DNA of 64,000 nucleotides, taken from contig JBAYUP010000001.1 of assembly GCA_041675045.1 (NCBI GenBank), positions 24,094 through 88,093 of the forward strand, read 5' to 3'. Of this stretch, positions 27,101 to 36,501 are shown in pieces; position 1 is the stretch's first letter, and each line of letters begins with the position of its first letter. The position numbers and the translations under genes are program-made. The notes under the pieces were generated by a model that was not told the DNA's origin, did not search any database, and saw nothing but the letters and a program-made list of their open reading frames with translations. This stretch comes from Minisyncoccota bacterium (lineage in GTDB: Bacteria > Patescibacteriota > Minisyncoccia > Phycocordibacterales > UBA9973).

Positions 27101-28441
27101 TCTGCATCCCAAGAACAACCTGAGGCCCCAGCATTAGAAGAGGAAATAAATCGCATGGGTAGACCAGGGAAAATCCTACCGGGTGACTATATGGCAGACC
27201 AATCCCAAGAAGAATACATGGGCGAGACATCTGTAAATCAAACAGAAGTGTCAGCATCTACTTCTTCAGAAGCAAATCCGGCAGGTGAAGATGGTGGACT
27301 AGGAAGAGCAGAGAAGGGTCCTGGTAATGGAAAAGTATACATAGAGACACAAGAGGAGCCTAAAAATCCAATCAAATGGGAAAAGTATCGCGACCATAAA
27401 ATAATAACCGCTGATGATGTAAAAGGACGAAATGAAGTCATTGGTATTTCGCCAAACACAAACGACAGAGGGGTCACCTATCGTGATTGGAATCGTACGT
27501 TCGATAACCAAATCGTTGATCCAGAAGCTGACAATGTAAAATTTGGTTCATACAACCAATACGAAACAGAGCGAGAACTCCAGCTTCTTTTCGGTAAAGG
27601 TGAAAAAGTAGGCAATGAAGTACACATGACATATTTCCGCCATCAACCCGAATGGAAAACAGTTAGCAAAATTCCAGCCCGATACTTTTATAATGAAATC
27701 TTTGGTATGGAATATTTGAGCCATTACCCAAGAGAAATTTCTGATGCACAACTCAAAATACTCAAGGATGCGGGACTCATTAGAGAAGTTAATTTTGCAG
27801 ATCCAACAACAGGCACAGTGACACAATTAAAACAATTTACTCACCACGCAGAACTCGCTCGTCTTGCACAAGCATACAGACATATCAACCCAGACGAAGC
27901 ACAGCCATATCCAAATGAAACAATCGAAGACTACGTAGGTCGCCTTATGAAGAAAGTTCACCAAACACAGGATGGCTCATTCTTTGCACGCAAGCACGAT
28001 ATTAATTTTGATGAAGCAGGACAGAGCATGCAACAGCAAGCCCCAACACAACAAATGCCAGTCTATACTCCAGACAACCCTGGAATAATTTCGCCAACAC
28101 GCGGAATTTATAATACGGGAGGATCTTCACCTTCATACGGACCAAGTAATTATGGCCCATCCTACTACGGCCCACAGGGTAATTATAATCCTCAGTATGG
28201 TCCTCAGGGATTCAATACGGGATCGACACGAGGTGATGTGATTGTTGGAGGAGTAGGTGTAGCGCAAGTAGCACTCAATGAAGGAGTGAACGCAATAAAT
28301 GGAAATACTCAGACCGGCGGAGGAAAACGTATCCTCAACTCAGCAGTGCAAACAGGAGTCCAGATTGGAGTAAATGGAATCATGCGACAAATATTTGGAA
28401 ATGGAGGGGGATACTATGGCGGTGGTTCAAATTGGCAATAA
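24110..28441 (+). CDS. 1443 aa hypothetical protein with Gly-rich membrane segments
   Basis: Charged helical N-half, GxxxG hydrophobic segments, Pro/Thr linkers, YGP repeats, glycine-zipper-like C-terminus. Confidence 0.85.
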   Translation: MPSPLEELKSNPEHRSAKEQELKQSIESDSYHEDTLAKVRQLDISDELKKKDEIKFKTTKEELDKSFKKGTLVDENTLKRVFERIHLDEKDVEKVPELNNLNEEQAVLVAELASQDILANVKKLGQERFEKENKIDFSLNPKKWSPSVITKTWNKAWKSISISKSEKAVLRDVQHGQIKPDTEVIKRLVKKITDNDLKVIKKEGKSVIEFIEATNSSEKNKKIFDSYNAIANEFSRMPDAWRNEKAAKSTDRAFKTENHKKYNILKDRYAEATKSVVNAKTEEYKKQGLDEKEAAKKASIEMNRAGLKVSMLQFENTNPDAIAELDRIKNESSWGRLLWNKETSWRSIYVISGITARSVATTTLGAMTGPLVASIIGGARALRKANQKINTAFLEGRQMKSFVEMTSEERIKLRGGLTYDENGDIKKDEKGFVVLGSEGKGLLDNKNEKKGFLSKALDGKDVNTREVASFIDADSQINRLTNLKNKLESQEYLEKAKRTKRYEGDDGDLAIKEDLLFQIRNRIDYIDQKHKAGLINYGTKDPAGENYELLKLMGELELYTAPDLTIAPDGETEIEKVARLTLNKRIENHNNLLGKIVKEHEERFAEKRTDFATSEMLRGATIGATYSLIGLKIHDWFSEAPTVTQEIENTNEVTTPSDTPNTTTPATTPVTSEKTPPQWGSNKTENPAPAFEPIKTVGEIHKPIEVQLSSKGSIQTFLDLKEKLRLEYGKDLAHAPASVQHIMNTNATKLAEEFNMYNPTDVDESMMAPAGSKFIIDEKGNFSYQELGAKDATILEEGTSAKGTGEYKGKMFDYDKAKTLKVETAQNVGTSTPETPQTNTANIPSQTAETGAPTQGLHQNIDEIFPSDQEVRDGIARDHFRSLVNSHYENIQGEAWKNLPQADKNAEVWMGEKFGKVNVGQKADGTPTIGDFIEPSQNLGIDLKSVPVAEAIKTNATVASGIADLQKIARAQLGYDMVIDKNESTSSYIHRVFTALESASQEQPEAPALEEEINRMGRPGKILPGDYMADQSQEEYMGETSVNQTEVSASTSSEANPAGEDGGLGRAEKGPGNGKVYIETQEEPKNPIKWEKYRDHKIITADDVKGRNEVIGISPNTNDRGVTYRDWNRTFDNQIVDPEADNVKFGSYNQYETERELQLLFGKGEKVGNEVHMTYFRHQPEWKTVSKIPARYFYNEIFGMEYLSHYPREISDAQLKILKDAGLIREVNFADPTTGTVTQLKQFTHHAELARLAQAYRHINPDEAQPYPNETIEDYVGRLMKKVHQTQDGSFFARKHDINFDEAGQSMQQQAPTQQMPVYTPDNPGIISPTRGIYNTGGSSPSYGPSNYGPSYYGPQGNYNPQYGPQGFNTGSTRGDVIVGGVGVAQVALNEGVNAINGNTQTGGGKRILNSAVQTGVQIGVNGIMRQIFGNGGGYYGGGSNWQ

Positions 28442-28461
28442 TTATTTATCTTTATAAAAAT

Positions 28462-28764
28462 ATGTTTGATAGAATACACAAAATTGTTCTCTCTGCACTT
28501 GGAATCGCCTCACACACAGAAGCGGAACAAAAAAAGGTTCTTGAAAAAATAGGCCCGATGCTCTATCAGGCAATTATGACGCGTACGCTTCTCGAAATGG
28601 AAGAAGAGGACAAGAATACATTTACAGAAATGATGTCCAAAAATCCGAGCCCTGAAATTATGTTTACCTTTCTCACAGAAGCCTGCCCAGAAATAGATGA
28701 TATTGCAAAAGAAGAGGCAGCTCGAGCACGGGAAGAACATAAAAATATCTTAGCTGTCGCATAG
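28462..28764 (+). CDS. small acidic helical protein (DUF5663-like)
   Basis: EQKKVLEKIG.ML...I..R.L..MEEEDK..F pattern; family from recall. Confidence 0.6.
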   Translation: MFDRIHKIVLSALGIASHTEAEQKKVLEKIGPMLYQAIMTRTLLEMEEEDKNTFTEMMSKNPSPEIMFTFLTEACPEIDDIAKEEAARAREEHKNILAVA

Positions 28765-28828
28765 ACACATAAAAAACCGCAGGACAAGCCATGCGGTTTT
28801 TTGTTGAATAAAAAGAGCGAGCGATGAA

Positions 28829-29437
28829 TTACTTTACTCCGCGAGCGTTTTTGAAGCTCGGAGGAATTTTTTCTTTCACCATTTGAAGGGTAGCATTTGC
28901 TTTCCCGTCAATAAAATAAGCTTTGGTCCCATTCTTGCAATTAAGATACAAAAAGGTTCCATCTGGAGTTAGAGCTAAAGGAAAATCTGCGATAATACCG
29001 GGAGTAAAAGGCTGAGTGTTAATTTGGTAACCGGTTAATTCATACGTTTTTGTTTCTACATCAAGAGTAAAACAAAGAACGGGAATACTGTCGCCAGCAT
29101 CAAACTTAACCCACACGTTGTCACCATCCAACCCAATAATTTGTCCATACACATCAGATCCAATGGTGAAGTGAGCAAAATTACCTTCCTGTAAACGATT
29201 TTCCTTAAAGGAAACAATGTTTGTCTTTGCTGGTGGAGCGATAAGCTCAACCTGCTTTGACACACGGAATCCAGCACCAAGGGCTTTCAATTCTGCGTCT
29301 GTAAATTTATCGCGATAGTCCTTAATAAAGTCCTCTACGATAAAGTCTCTGGAAACACTTTTGCTGTGACCAGTGCGATACGATCGGCAAGATATGCAAA
29401 ACGTGCATATCACTGCCAAAATGATGATATTTTTCAT
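28829..29437 (-). CDS. orphan putative lipoprotein
   Basis: MKNIIILAVICTFCIS|C; consensus TTGACA-17-TATAAT at 29495-29467. Confidence 0.7.
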   Translation of the reverse strand: MKNIIILAVICTFCISCRSYRTGHSKSVSRDFIVEDFIKDYRDKFTDAELKALGAGFRVSKQVELIAPPAKTNIVSFKENRLQEGNFAHFTIGSDVYGQIIGLDGDNVWVKFDAGDSIPVLCFTLDVETKTYELTGYQINTQPFTPGIIADFPLALTPDGTFLYLNCKNGTKAYFIDGKANATLQMVKEKIPPSFKNARGVK

Positions 29438-29535
29438 TTACTTATAATTTTTTCGAATTTTGTAATATTATATACCTTTTTTGTCTTTTTGTCAAGGTCA
29501 AAAGACCTTGTAAAACCGTGCTATTATAGGGTGAT

Positions 29536-31467
29536 ATGGACTATTTAGAATCTTTAAATAACAAGCAAAAAGAGGCAGTTTTATACACCGATGGTCCACT
29601 TCTCATAGTTGCGGGGGCAGGGGCAGGAAAAACCAAGACAATTACTCACCGAATTATCCATCTTATCCACCAAGGAGTCGCCCCAGAATCAATACTCGCA
29701 GTAACCTTTACAAATAAAGCGTCAAAAGAAATGCGAGAACGGGTGCTCGCTCTTCTCGACAAGCCAATCCACGGCGGGCCAGTCTATGGAATGGGTAAGG
29801 GGATTCCATTTGTTTCAACTTTTCACTCGCTCGGTGTGAATATCATTAAAGAACACGCGCACCTCTTAGGCCTAACCAAACACTTCGCAATTGCAGATGA
29901 ACACGATGCGCTCGTTATCATCAAAGATGCGATGAAGGCACGCGACATCGACCCGAAACAATATGAACCGCGAAAAATAAAAAGTATTATTTCAAAAGCA
30001 AAAGGAGACTTTGTTACTGTTGATGCATTCAGTGCGAGCGTCTCAAGCGCACTACAATCAGTTGTTGCGACAATCTGGCGTGAATACGAGCGCGCACTCA
30101 AAGCTGAAAAAGCACTCGATTTTGATGACCTTCTTCTTGAAACAGTTATTCTTCTAAAAAAATATCCAGAGATAAAACATGCATACCAAGAACGGTGGAA
30201 ATATATCCACATCGATGAGTATCAAGATACCAATGAAGTCCAATATGAGCTCGTGAAATTACTCGTAAACAAGAATGAGAATCTCTGTGTTGTTGGTGAC
30301 ACTGATCAAAATATTTATAGTTGGCGTGGTGCAAATATCAAGAACATGCTCCACTTTGAAAAAGATTACCCTAATGCAAAAATAATTCTACTTGAGCAAA
30401 ACTACCGCTCAACAAAAAATATTATCGAAGCAGCAAATAGTATCATTGAGAAAAATCAGTACCGTGTGCCAAAAAATCTTTTCACAGAAAATGCCATTGG
30501 GGAACATATCACAATATATGAAGCGTACGACGAATCTCATGAGGCCGAATTTGTTGCTGATACAATCACAGAACTCCTTCGTGAAAATGATGTTGAGGAT
30601 ATTGCGATTCTCTATCGTGCGAACTTCCAATCACGTGCCCTCGAAGAAGCATTACTCGCAAAACAAATTCCGTATCAAGTGCTTGGTGTAAAATTCTTTG
30701 AACGAAAAGAAATCAAAGATGTGCTTTCCTATATCCGTGCATCGCTCAATCGTGAGAGTTTGTCTGATATTAAACGTATTATCAATATCCCAGCGCGTGG
30801 TATTGGCAAAGTAACCCTTGTAAAGCTTTTTGCAAATCAATTCTCTGATTTACCAGCAGGCATGCAAAACAAAATATCATTATTCTATAAGCTTTTAGAT
30901 GATATTAATGAATATTCGATTACTCATCTTCCGTCAGAGATAATTAAATACGTCATCGATAAAAGTGGACTAGAACAAGAACTTACACACGGCACAACAG
31001 ACGAACAGGAGCGCCTAGAAAACATAAAAGAGTTAGTAACACTTGCGACAAAATACGACACGATGCCACAAGGCGACGGTCTCGAAAAATTACTCGAAGA
31101 TGCATCTCTTGCAAGCGATCAAGATTCACTTATTCACGAAAAGAGAAATGGTGTTCGATTAATGACCGTACACGCATCAAAAGGACTTGAATTTAAATAT
31201 GTATTCATCACAGGACTTGAGCAGGATTTATTCCCGCACTCACGTGGTGGGTCAAAAAAAGAAGACCAAGAAGAAGAGCGTCGACTTTTCTATGTAGCTC
31301 TTACGAGAGCAGAACATAAATTGTATATCTCATACGCACAACTTCGGACTATCTTTGGAATGAAACAAGTAACAACGCCGAGTGAATTTCTGGCAGATAT
31401 TCCTGACCATCTCACAGAATTCGAACAAGGTCGCGCACGTAACGGAGAACGAATCGTCTACATTTAA
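29536..31467 (+). CDS. pcrA: UvrD/PcrA helicase
   Basis: AGAGAGKT, VTFTNKA, DEYQD, QNYRS, TVHASKGLEF, EERRLFYVALTRA. Confidence 0.95.
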   Translation: MDYLESLNNKQKEAVLYTDGPLLIVAGAGAGKTKTITHRIIHLIHQGVAPESILAVTFTNKASKEMRERVLALLDKPIHGGPVYGMGKGIPFVSTFHSLGVNIIKEHAHLLGLTKHFAIADEHDALVIIKDAMKARDIDPKQYEPRKIKSIISKAKGDFVTVDAFSASVSSALQSVVATIWREYERALKAEKALDFDDLLLETVILLKKYPEIKHAYQERWKYIHIDEYQDTNEVQYELVKLLVNKNENLCVVGDTDQNIYSWRGANIKNMLHFEKDYPNAKIILLEQNYRSTKNIIEAANSIIEKNQYRVPKNLFTENAIGEHITIYEAYDESHEAEFVADTITELLRENDVEDIAILYRANFQSRALEEALLAKQIPYQVLGVKFFERKEIKDVLSYIRASLNRESLSDIKRIINIPARGIGKVTLVKLFANQFSDLPAGMQNKISLFYKLLDDINEYSITHLPSEIIKYVIDKSGLEQELTHGTTDEQERLENIKELVTLATKYDTMPQGDGLEKLLEDASLASDQDSLIHEKRNGVRLMTVHASKGLEFKYVFITGLEQDLFPHSRGGSKKEDQEEERRLFYVALTRAEHKLYISYAQLRTIFGMKQVTTPSEFLADIPDHLTEFEQGRARNGERIVYI

Positions 31468-31469
31468 TT

Positions 31470-32339
31470 ATGAACCATCGAGCAAAAAAATCTTTTGAGC
31501 TAAAACCATTTCAAAAAAGAAATGGTTCGCCCGAACTTTCTTTTAGAAAAAAGAAAGCTTTAGGGCAAAATTTTCTTAAATCAAAAGAAGCTCTTTTGAT
31601 GATGTGTAGTGCTGGAGATGTAGGGGAGAACGACACGATTGTTGAAATTGGTCCCGGTAAAGGAGCACTAACAGAAAAGGTACTTGAACGAGCGGACAAG
31701 GTGATTGCTGTTGAAAAAGACCGTGACCTTATTCCGATTCTGTCGGAACGATTTGATGCTGAACTCATAGAGGAAAAATTGTTACTTGTAGAAGAGGATA
31801 TCCTTACATTCAATCCTAAAAGCCACGGATTAAAAGCTCGTGGATATAAAATTATTGCAAACATTCCTTACAACATAACGGGTGCGATTATCAAACGATT
31901 TCTTTCTGAAACAATTCAGCCGGAGCGAATGGTGCTTTTGGTTCAGAAAGAGGTAGCGGAACGAATCGTCGCCCGTGACGGCAAAGAAAGTATCCTGTCG
32001 CTTTCAGTTAAGGCATATGGTACACCGACATATAAAATGAAAGTAGGGAAGCGATTTTTCTCACCAGCACCAAAGGTGGATTCAGCTATTATTGCAATAA
32101 CATCGATAAATAAAGACAATTTTAAAAACACACACGACGAGGAGTGGTTTTTTACCATAATAAAAGCTGGTTTTGCCCATAAACGGAAAGTTCTCCGCAA
32201 AAATCTTGAAGAAGTTGCTCTGCTTTCTGATATTGATAAGGCCTTTGCAAACCTTGAAATTGATGAGCGGACACGTGCCGAGGACATCAATTTTCCTACA
32301 TGGCTCGAACTAGCCAAACTTCTCAACAAAAACATATAG
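31470..32339 (+). CDS. rsmA: 16S rRNA dimethyltransferase KsgA/RsmA with N-terminal insertion
   Basis: LGQNFL, EIGPGKGALT, ANIPYNIT, QKEVAERI, PAPKVDS. Confidence 0.95.
   Translation: MNHRAKKSFELKPFQKRNGSPELSFRKKKALGQNFLKSKEALLMMCSAGDVGENDTIVEIGPGKGALTEKVLERADKVIAVEKDRDLIPILSERFDAELIEEKLLLVEEDILTFNPKSHGLKARGYKIIANIPYNITGAIIKRFLSETIQPERMVLLVQKEVAERIVARDGKESILSLSVKAYGTPTYKMKVGKRFFSPAPKVDSAIIAITSINKDNFKNTHDEEWFFTIIKAGFAHKRKVLRKNLEEVALLSDIDKAFANLEIDERTRAEDINFPTWLELAKLLNKNI
31492..31561. repeat. 66-bp in-frame double-hairpin insert flanked by CTTT
   Basis: AACCATTTC/GAAATGGTT and CTTTCTTTT/AAAAGAAAG stems; removal restores HRAKKSLGQNF. Confidence 0.75.
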
Positions 32340-32372
32340 GATAATCGAAATGGAAATTGTATACTATATGGT

Positions 32373-32822
32373 ATGAAGCATATTTTCCCTCTTTTTTCAC
32401 TTTTGTTTTCTTTTTTTATATTAATAATTACCCCAGCCAATACTCAAGCGGCAACACCTTCGCTATCTAAAAGCTTTGGGGGGAGAGTGTATCTCGCACC
32501 TATCCCAGGGATTACATGCAATGGAGCGGGAAGACTCATGCTTCTCAGTAGTAATGCGAACTCGATTTTAAGTACCGTTGGGTCACAAGGATCGATGAGC
32601 TCATCTGAAGCAAAGGGATTTGTTAAAAATCTTCATGGGGCACTACCAATATATGCGAGTAACCCACAAAAATCGCCAACGCCAGGCGGACAAATTCTAG
32701 GAAGAAAAAGTATTATCCCTGACATGCAAACATGCTACATACCAACTCCGGCAGGCCCTGTGTATATCCCTATACTAAAGACAGCTCCACTCACTAATTC
32801 AAATTACCAAGTTTCGCGTTAA
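32373..32822 (+). CDS. small secreted protein
   Basis: Signal peptide (TQA|AT), two Cys; first gene of the secretion locus. Confidence 0.7.
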   Translation: MKHIFPLFSLLFSFFILIITPANTQAATPSLSKSFGGRVYLAPIPGITCNGAGRLMLLSSNANSILSTVGSQGSMSSSEAKGFVKNLHGALPIYASNPQKSPTPGGQILGRKSIIPDMQTCYIPTPAGPVYIPILKTAPLTNSNYQVSR

Positions 32823-32827
32823 TCTGT

Positions 32828-33721
32828 ATGCGTTTAAAAATTAAACGAGAATATCTACCGAGTGACGAATTCATAGCGAGAATTATTATTCTCGCGGTTG
32901 TTATTGGAATTCTCGTTGGACTCTATTATCTTGGTGGTTTTGTTATTAAGAAAATAAAAACGAGACAGTCAAAAGTAAACATCGCTGAACTTGTGACAAA
33001 AGACTCTAATAGAAATGATATCCCTGATTGGGAAGAATCATTGTGGGGACTCGATCCCACAAAAAATGGGGCGAAAAATAAAGAAATCATCACAGAAAAA
33101 AAGAAAGCCCTCGCGGAAGGTATTGATGGTGCAGGGAAGCCACTTACAGAAAGCGATAAAATGGCACGAGAGTTCTTTGCCCTTGTAACGTCTCTTCAAG
33201 AAAGTGGTAATTTAAATGAGGAATCCATTGGCCTTATTGCAGATGCTATTAGTGAAAAAGCTGTGGCAATACCAATCCCTAATATCTACACAAGTGATTC
33301 AATCAAAACAACGGCTACAAATTTAACATCAATAAAGACCTTCTATACTGCATTTAAAAAACTGGGGACAGCATACAATGACAGGGATATTGGAGAAGAG
33401 CTTATTTTTATCGCTCAAGGTGCCGATAACAATGACACTCAAGCTCTCTATGCAGCAAAAACAATCGCACAATCATACAAATCATTCGCCGAAGAACTAG
33501 TAAGAATCCCAGCAGTACCAACATCTCTTGCAAATCTTGTTGTTGAATTAGCGAATAATTACTACAAAACAGGTGCTTCAATAGAAGAAATGACGAAACT
33601 TGCCGACGATGAACTCGCTGGAATGAGAGGCCTCGTAAACTACAACCAATATTCAATAGCACTTGTTAAAAACCTAGAAACAATGAGAACTTTTTTCATC
33701 AGAAATGGTATACTAAAATAA
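32828..33721 (+). CDS. membrane-anchored protein with Ca-binding-like DxNxNDIPDWEE motif
   Basis: N-terminal TM; DSNRNDIPDWEESLWGLDP. Confidence 0.75.
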   Translation: MRLKIKREYLPSDEFIARIIILAVVIGILVGLYYLGGFVIKKIKTRQSKVNIAELVTKDSNRNDIPDWEESLWGLDPTKNGAKNKEIITEKKKALAEGIDGAGKPLTESDKMAREFFALVTSLQESGNLNEESIGLIADAISEKAVAIPIPNIYTSDSIKTTATNLTSIKTFYTAFKKLGTAYNDRDIGEELIFIAQGADNNDTQALYAAKTIAQSYKSFAEELVRIPAVPTSLANLVVELANNYYKTGASIEEMTKLADDELAGMRGLVNYNQYSIALVKNLETMRTFFIRNGILK

Positions 33722-33728
33722 CATTAGC

Positions 33729-36500
33729 ATGAGAAAACACTTTGCCCACAACATCAAAGCATCGTTCACACTATGCACTCTAGTTGTTTTATTTCTCAAT
33801 ATCTCAATCGTGGAAGGAGCAACAGAAGCAGTGGATCCTCGAAAGGGAATTTATGTTGATGATTCATCTTTGTACAGAGCAAATTCAAAAAATATTGCTG
33901 ACTCAGGATTATTTACGACAGTCCCTGGGTGTAACAATATTGGAAATAAAGTACAGAAATCTATTGGTGGTATCTTAAACAACGACCCGACGAGTTTCGT
34001 GACTCTTGCTGATTCTATTGGAGACCTTACAGGAGATAATGTTACCACACAAGATATGGCAGCGAATTCTGCACTTAAGGATATTCTTAATTCTACAAAA
34101 GAAGACCAATTCCGTAGTGAATGTATGGACGGCATTGGATACCAACTCGCAAAAAAACAACTTGCGAGTATTACAAACAAAATTATCAGCGGGGCAGTAG
34201 TTGGAAATAATGGTGATTCAATGTTTAAAGATGAATCATCACTCCTAGAGAGTATTCAAAATAAAGAAATTTCACGCGTAGCAAAAACATTCGGCACATC
34301 TACAGACACGAATGCCTATCCATTTGGAAAAGAATATTCACGTGGACTCATCACTTCTACACGAGCCCAAAATAATTTTGAGGAATCAATGAAATCAGAT
34401 CTTTCTCAATATGGTGGAATACAGGGAGCTTCTAAAAATTTTAATTGGGATAAGTGGATGAATATTACTCAGAATGTTCAGAATAATTATCTCGGACACA
34501 CTGTTGCTGTCAGTCAGCATCTTACAGATTCAATAAATCAAAAAACTCAAGTCCAACGTGATGAATTAAATCAAAACAGTGGTTTTCTCTCACAAAAAAA
34601 ATGTGTTGAGTATTATCCTTCGACATCAAGTGGCACTATTGCCCCTGGAGGTGGGACATACAATACAGGACAAGGTGCATGTAAAAGATGGCAAGTGCTC
34701 ACACCAGGAAGTATTATTGCACAACAACTATTTGCTGTAGTGACTTCTCCTATTCGCCAACTCGAACTTGCTGATGGTGTCAACGAAACATTAAGTGGAG
34801 TATTCAATAAACTTGTTAATAAACTCGGGCTTCAGGGGTTATTCGGTGTTTCCTCATTTGCAACACGACAGGGTAGCTACACCGTAGGGGGAGATAGTAT
34901 TAGTTCATCATTCGGCTCATCAACTGGATTTGGTTTTGGATCAAGTTTCGGTAGCAGTACAGGTGACGGTGATGCAATTATCTCAGTCAACAGAGGTAAT
35001 GGATGGTACGAAGGAGATGAACCGTTTGACCTCACAAAAGACCTCGGCAACACCTACCTTCGTGAAAAACCAAAATACCTTGGCACATGGAACGCCTCAA
35101 CAAACAAGACAACCCCAACAGCAGAATCAGGAGAAGAAGCTACATCTCTTGCGCCAGGGATTGGAATAAAAAACACATATTATGTTGTCTCAACTGGAGG
35201 TAATACTGAAATAAACATCCCCGAAACTTGTTTTCCTGTTTTGTACGCAGACGGATCAACATCACAATGCTGGAAGCGAGGGAATATCCTTATTTTTGAT
35301 GGGGAAAGATGGCTCAAAGCTCATTATTTTAACGGGAGAAACGATGGTAGTGGATTCAAGGTAATCCCAGGCGAAAACGGAGAAGCAGAAAGTACTCTTG
35401 TTGATTTACTCAAAAGCCCACGACTTAAAATAATCGACAAAAAAGGTGTCATTCAGACACAGTACGATTATCTAAAGGCGATTAAAGCATCAATGCGAGA
35501 ATTACCTAATATCATGCCAGCTCTTGGTGAACTTGATTATTGCATTCCAGGACCAAACCCAAGCTGGTACGAGAGTGCGGAACTGGCGGGGGAAGCACTT
35601 AGTGGATACATTAGCAAGATACAAATTGACCCGAACACTCTTCAGATTATTGGCCCACCACCTGCACAATACAAAACACAATATTTTGGCTCGAAGCCAT
35701 GGAAACAATTAAATCCAAAGAAATTTGAAACACTCTTTCAAAACTATTTCGGTGTTGACCCTAATCAATTTGCCTCAACATTCATGAACTCAATTATGAG
35801 CACCACAGCTAGTGGTAATACTGGATTCAGTGGTAACATTGTGGGCGACATTGTAGGGGGACTTTTAGGAACTAATAATAGTAGCGGGCCAAGTCCATCA
35901 GAAATTGCATTTCAACAGGCATACGCAGAAGCACAAGAAATCCTTGAAGCAGAAAAAGAAGCAGCAATTACAATTATTGGAAATCAATTACAATCATACA
36001 AAGGAGCATCAGACGCAATCTATGGACAGGGTGGTGTTATGACAACAGAGCTTCTCATCAACCCCGACACAGAAGAAGCAACAGAAAATCCAAACTATCT
36101 CCCAATGGCGCAAGCAGGCATGGCACTTACGAGAGATATTCGTCTCTATGATGTAAATATTGATGAGGCAACACAAGACTACAAAGACCTCATTGATGAG
36201 AGTGTTGCAAATATTTACAAACTTAATCTTATTAAAACGAAAGTTGATAAGATTGTAAAAGCAGCTCAAGCACGTCGCTCAAAAGAACTTCCTGCTAACA
36301 CAATCCCAGACGATTGTTTGATGTATGAACAAATTAGTTATATTAATGGAGGGATAACAACAGGCGACCTAAACACAATAAATGGCGACTTAAGTGGTGG
36401 TGGAACAGGAGGAGGAGTCACAGGTGTGGGAGGTGGGGTAATTTATACTAATGGAACAGGAGGGGTAACAGGAGCTGGGGCTGGAGTAGGAGGACAATAA
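33729..36500 (+). CDS. large secreted protein of the T4SS-like locus
   Basis: 923 aa; signal peptide, paired Cys, Gly-rich tail. Confidence 0.8.
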   Translation: MRKHFAHNIKASFTLCTLVVLFLNISIVEGATEAVDPRKGIYVDDSSLYRANSKNIADSGLFTTVPGCNNIGNKVQKSIGGILNNDPTSFVTLADSIGDLTGDNVTTQDMAANSALKDILNSTKEDQFRSECMDGIGYQLAKKQLASITNKIISGAVVGNNGDSMFKDESSLLESIQNKEISRVAKTFGTSTDTNAYPFGKEYSRGLITSTRAQNNFEESMKSDLSQYGGIQGASKNFNWDKWMNITQNVQNNYLGHTVAVSQHLTDSINQKTQVQRDELNQNSGFLSQKKCVEYYPSTSSGTIAPGGGTYNTGQGACKRWQVLTPGSIIAQQLFAVVTSPIRQLELADGVNETLSGVFNKLVNKLGLQGLFGVSSFATRQGSYTVGGDSISSSFGSSTGFGFGSSFGSSTGDGDAIISVNRGNGWYEGDEPFDLTKDLGNTYLREKPKYLGTWNASTNKTTPTAESGEEATSLAPGIGIKNTYYVVSTGGNTEINIPETCFPVLYADGSTSQCWKRGNILIFDGERWLKAHYFNGRNDGSGFKVIPGENGEAESTLVDLLKSPRLKIIDKKGVIQTQYDYLKAIKASMRELPNIMPALGELDYCIPGPNPSWYESAELAGEALSGYISKIQIDPNTLQIIGPPPAQYKTQYFGSKPWKQLNPKKFETLFQNYFGVDPNQFASTFMNSIMSTTASGNTGFSGNIVGDIVGGLLGTNNSSGPSPSEIAFQQAYAEAQEILEAEKEAAITIIGNQLQSYKGASDAIYGQGGVMTTELLINPDTEEATENPNYLPMAQAGMALTRDIRLYDVNIDEATQDYKDLIDESVANIYKLNLIKTKVDKIVKAAQARRSKELPANTIPDDCLMYEQISYINGGITTGDLNTINGDLSGGGTGGGVTGVGGGVIYTNGTGGVTGAGAGVGGQ

Positions 36501-36501
36501 A

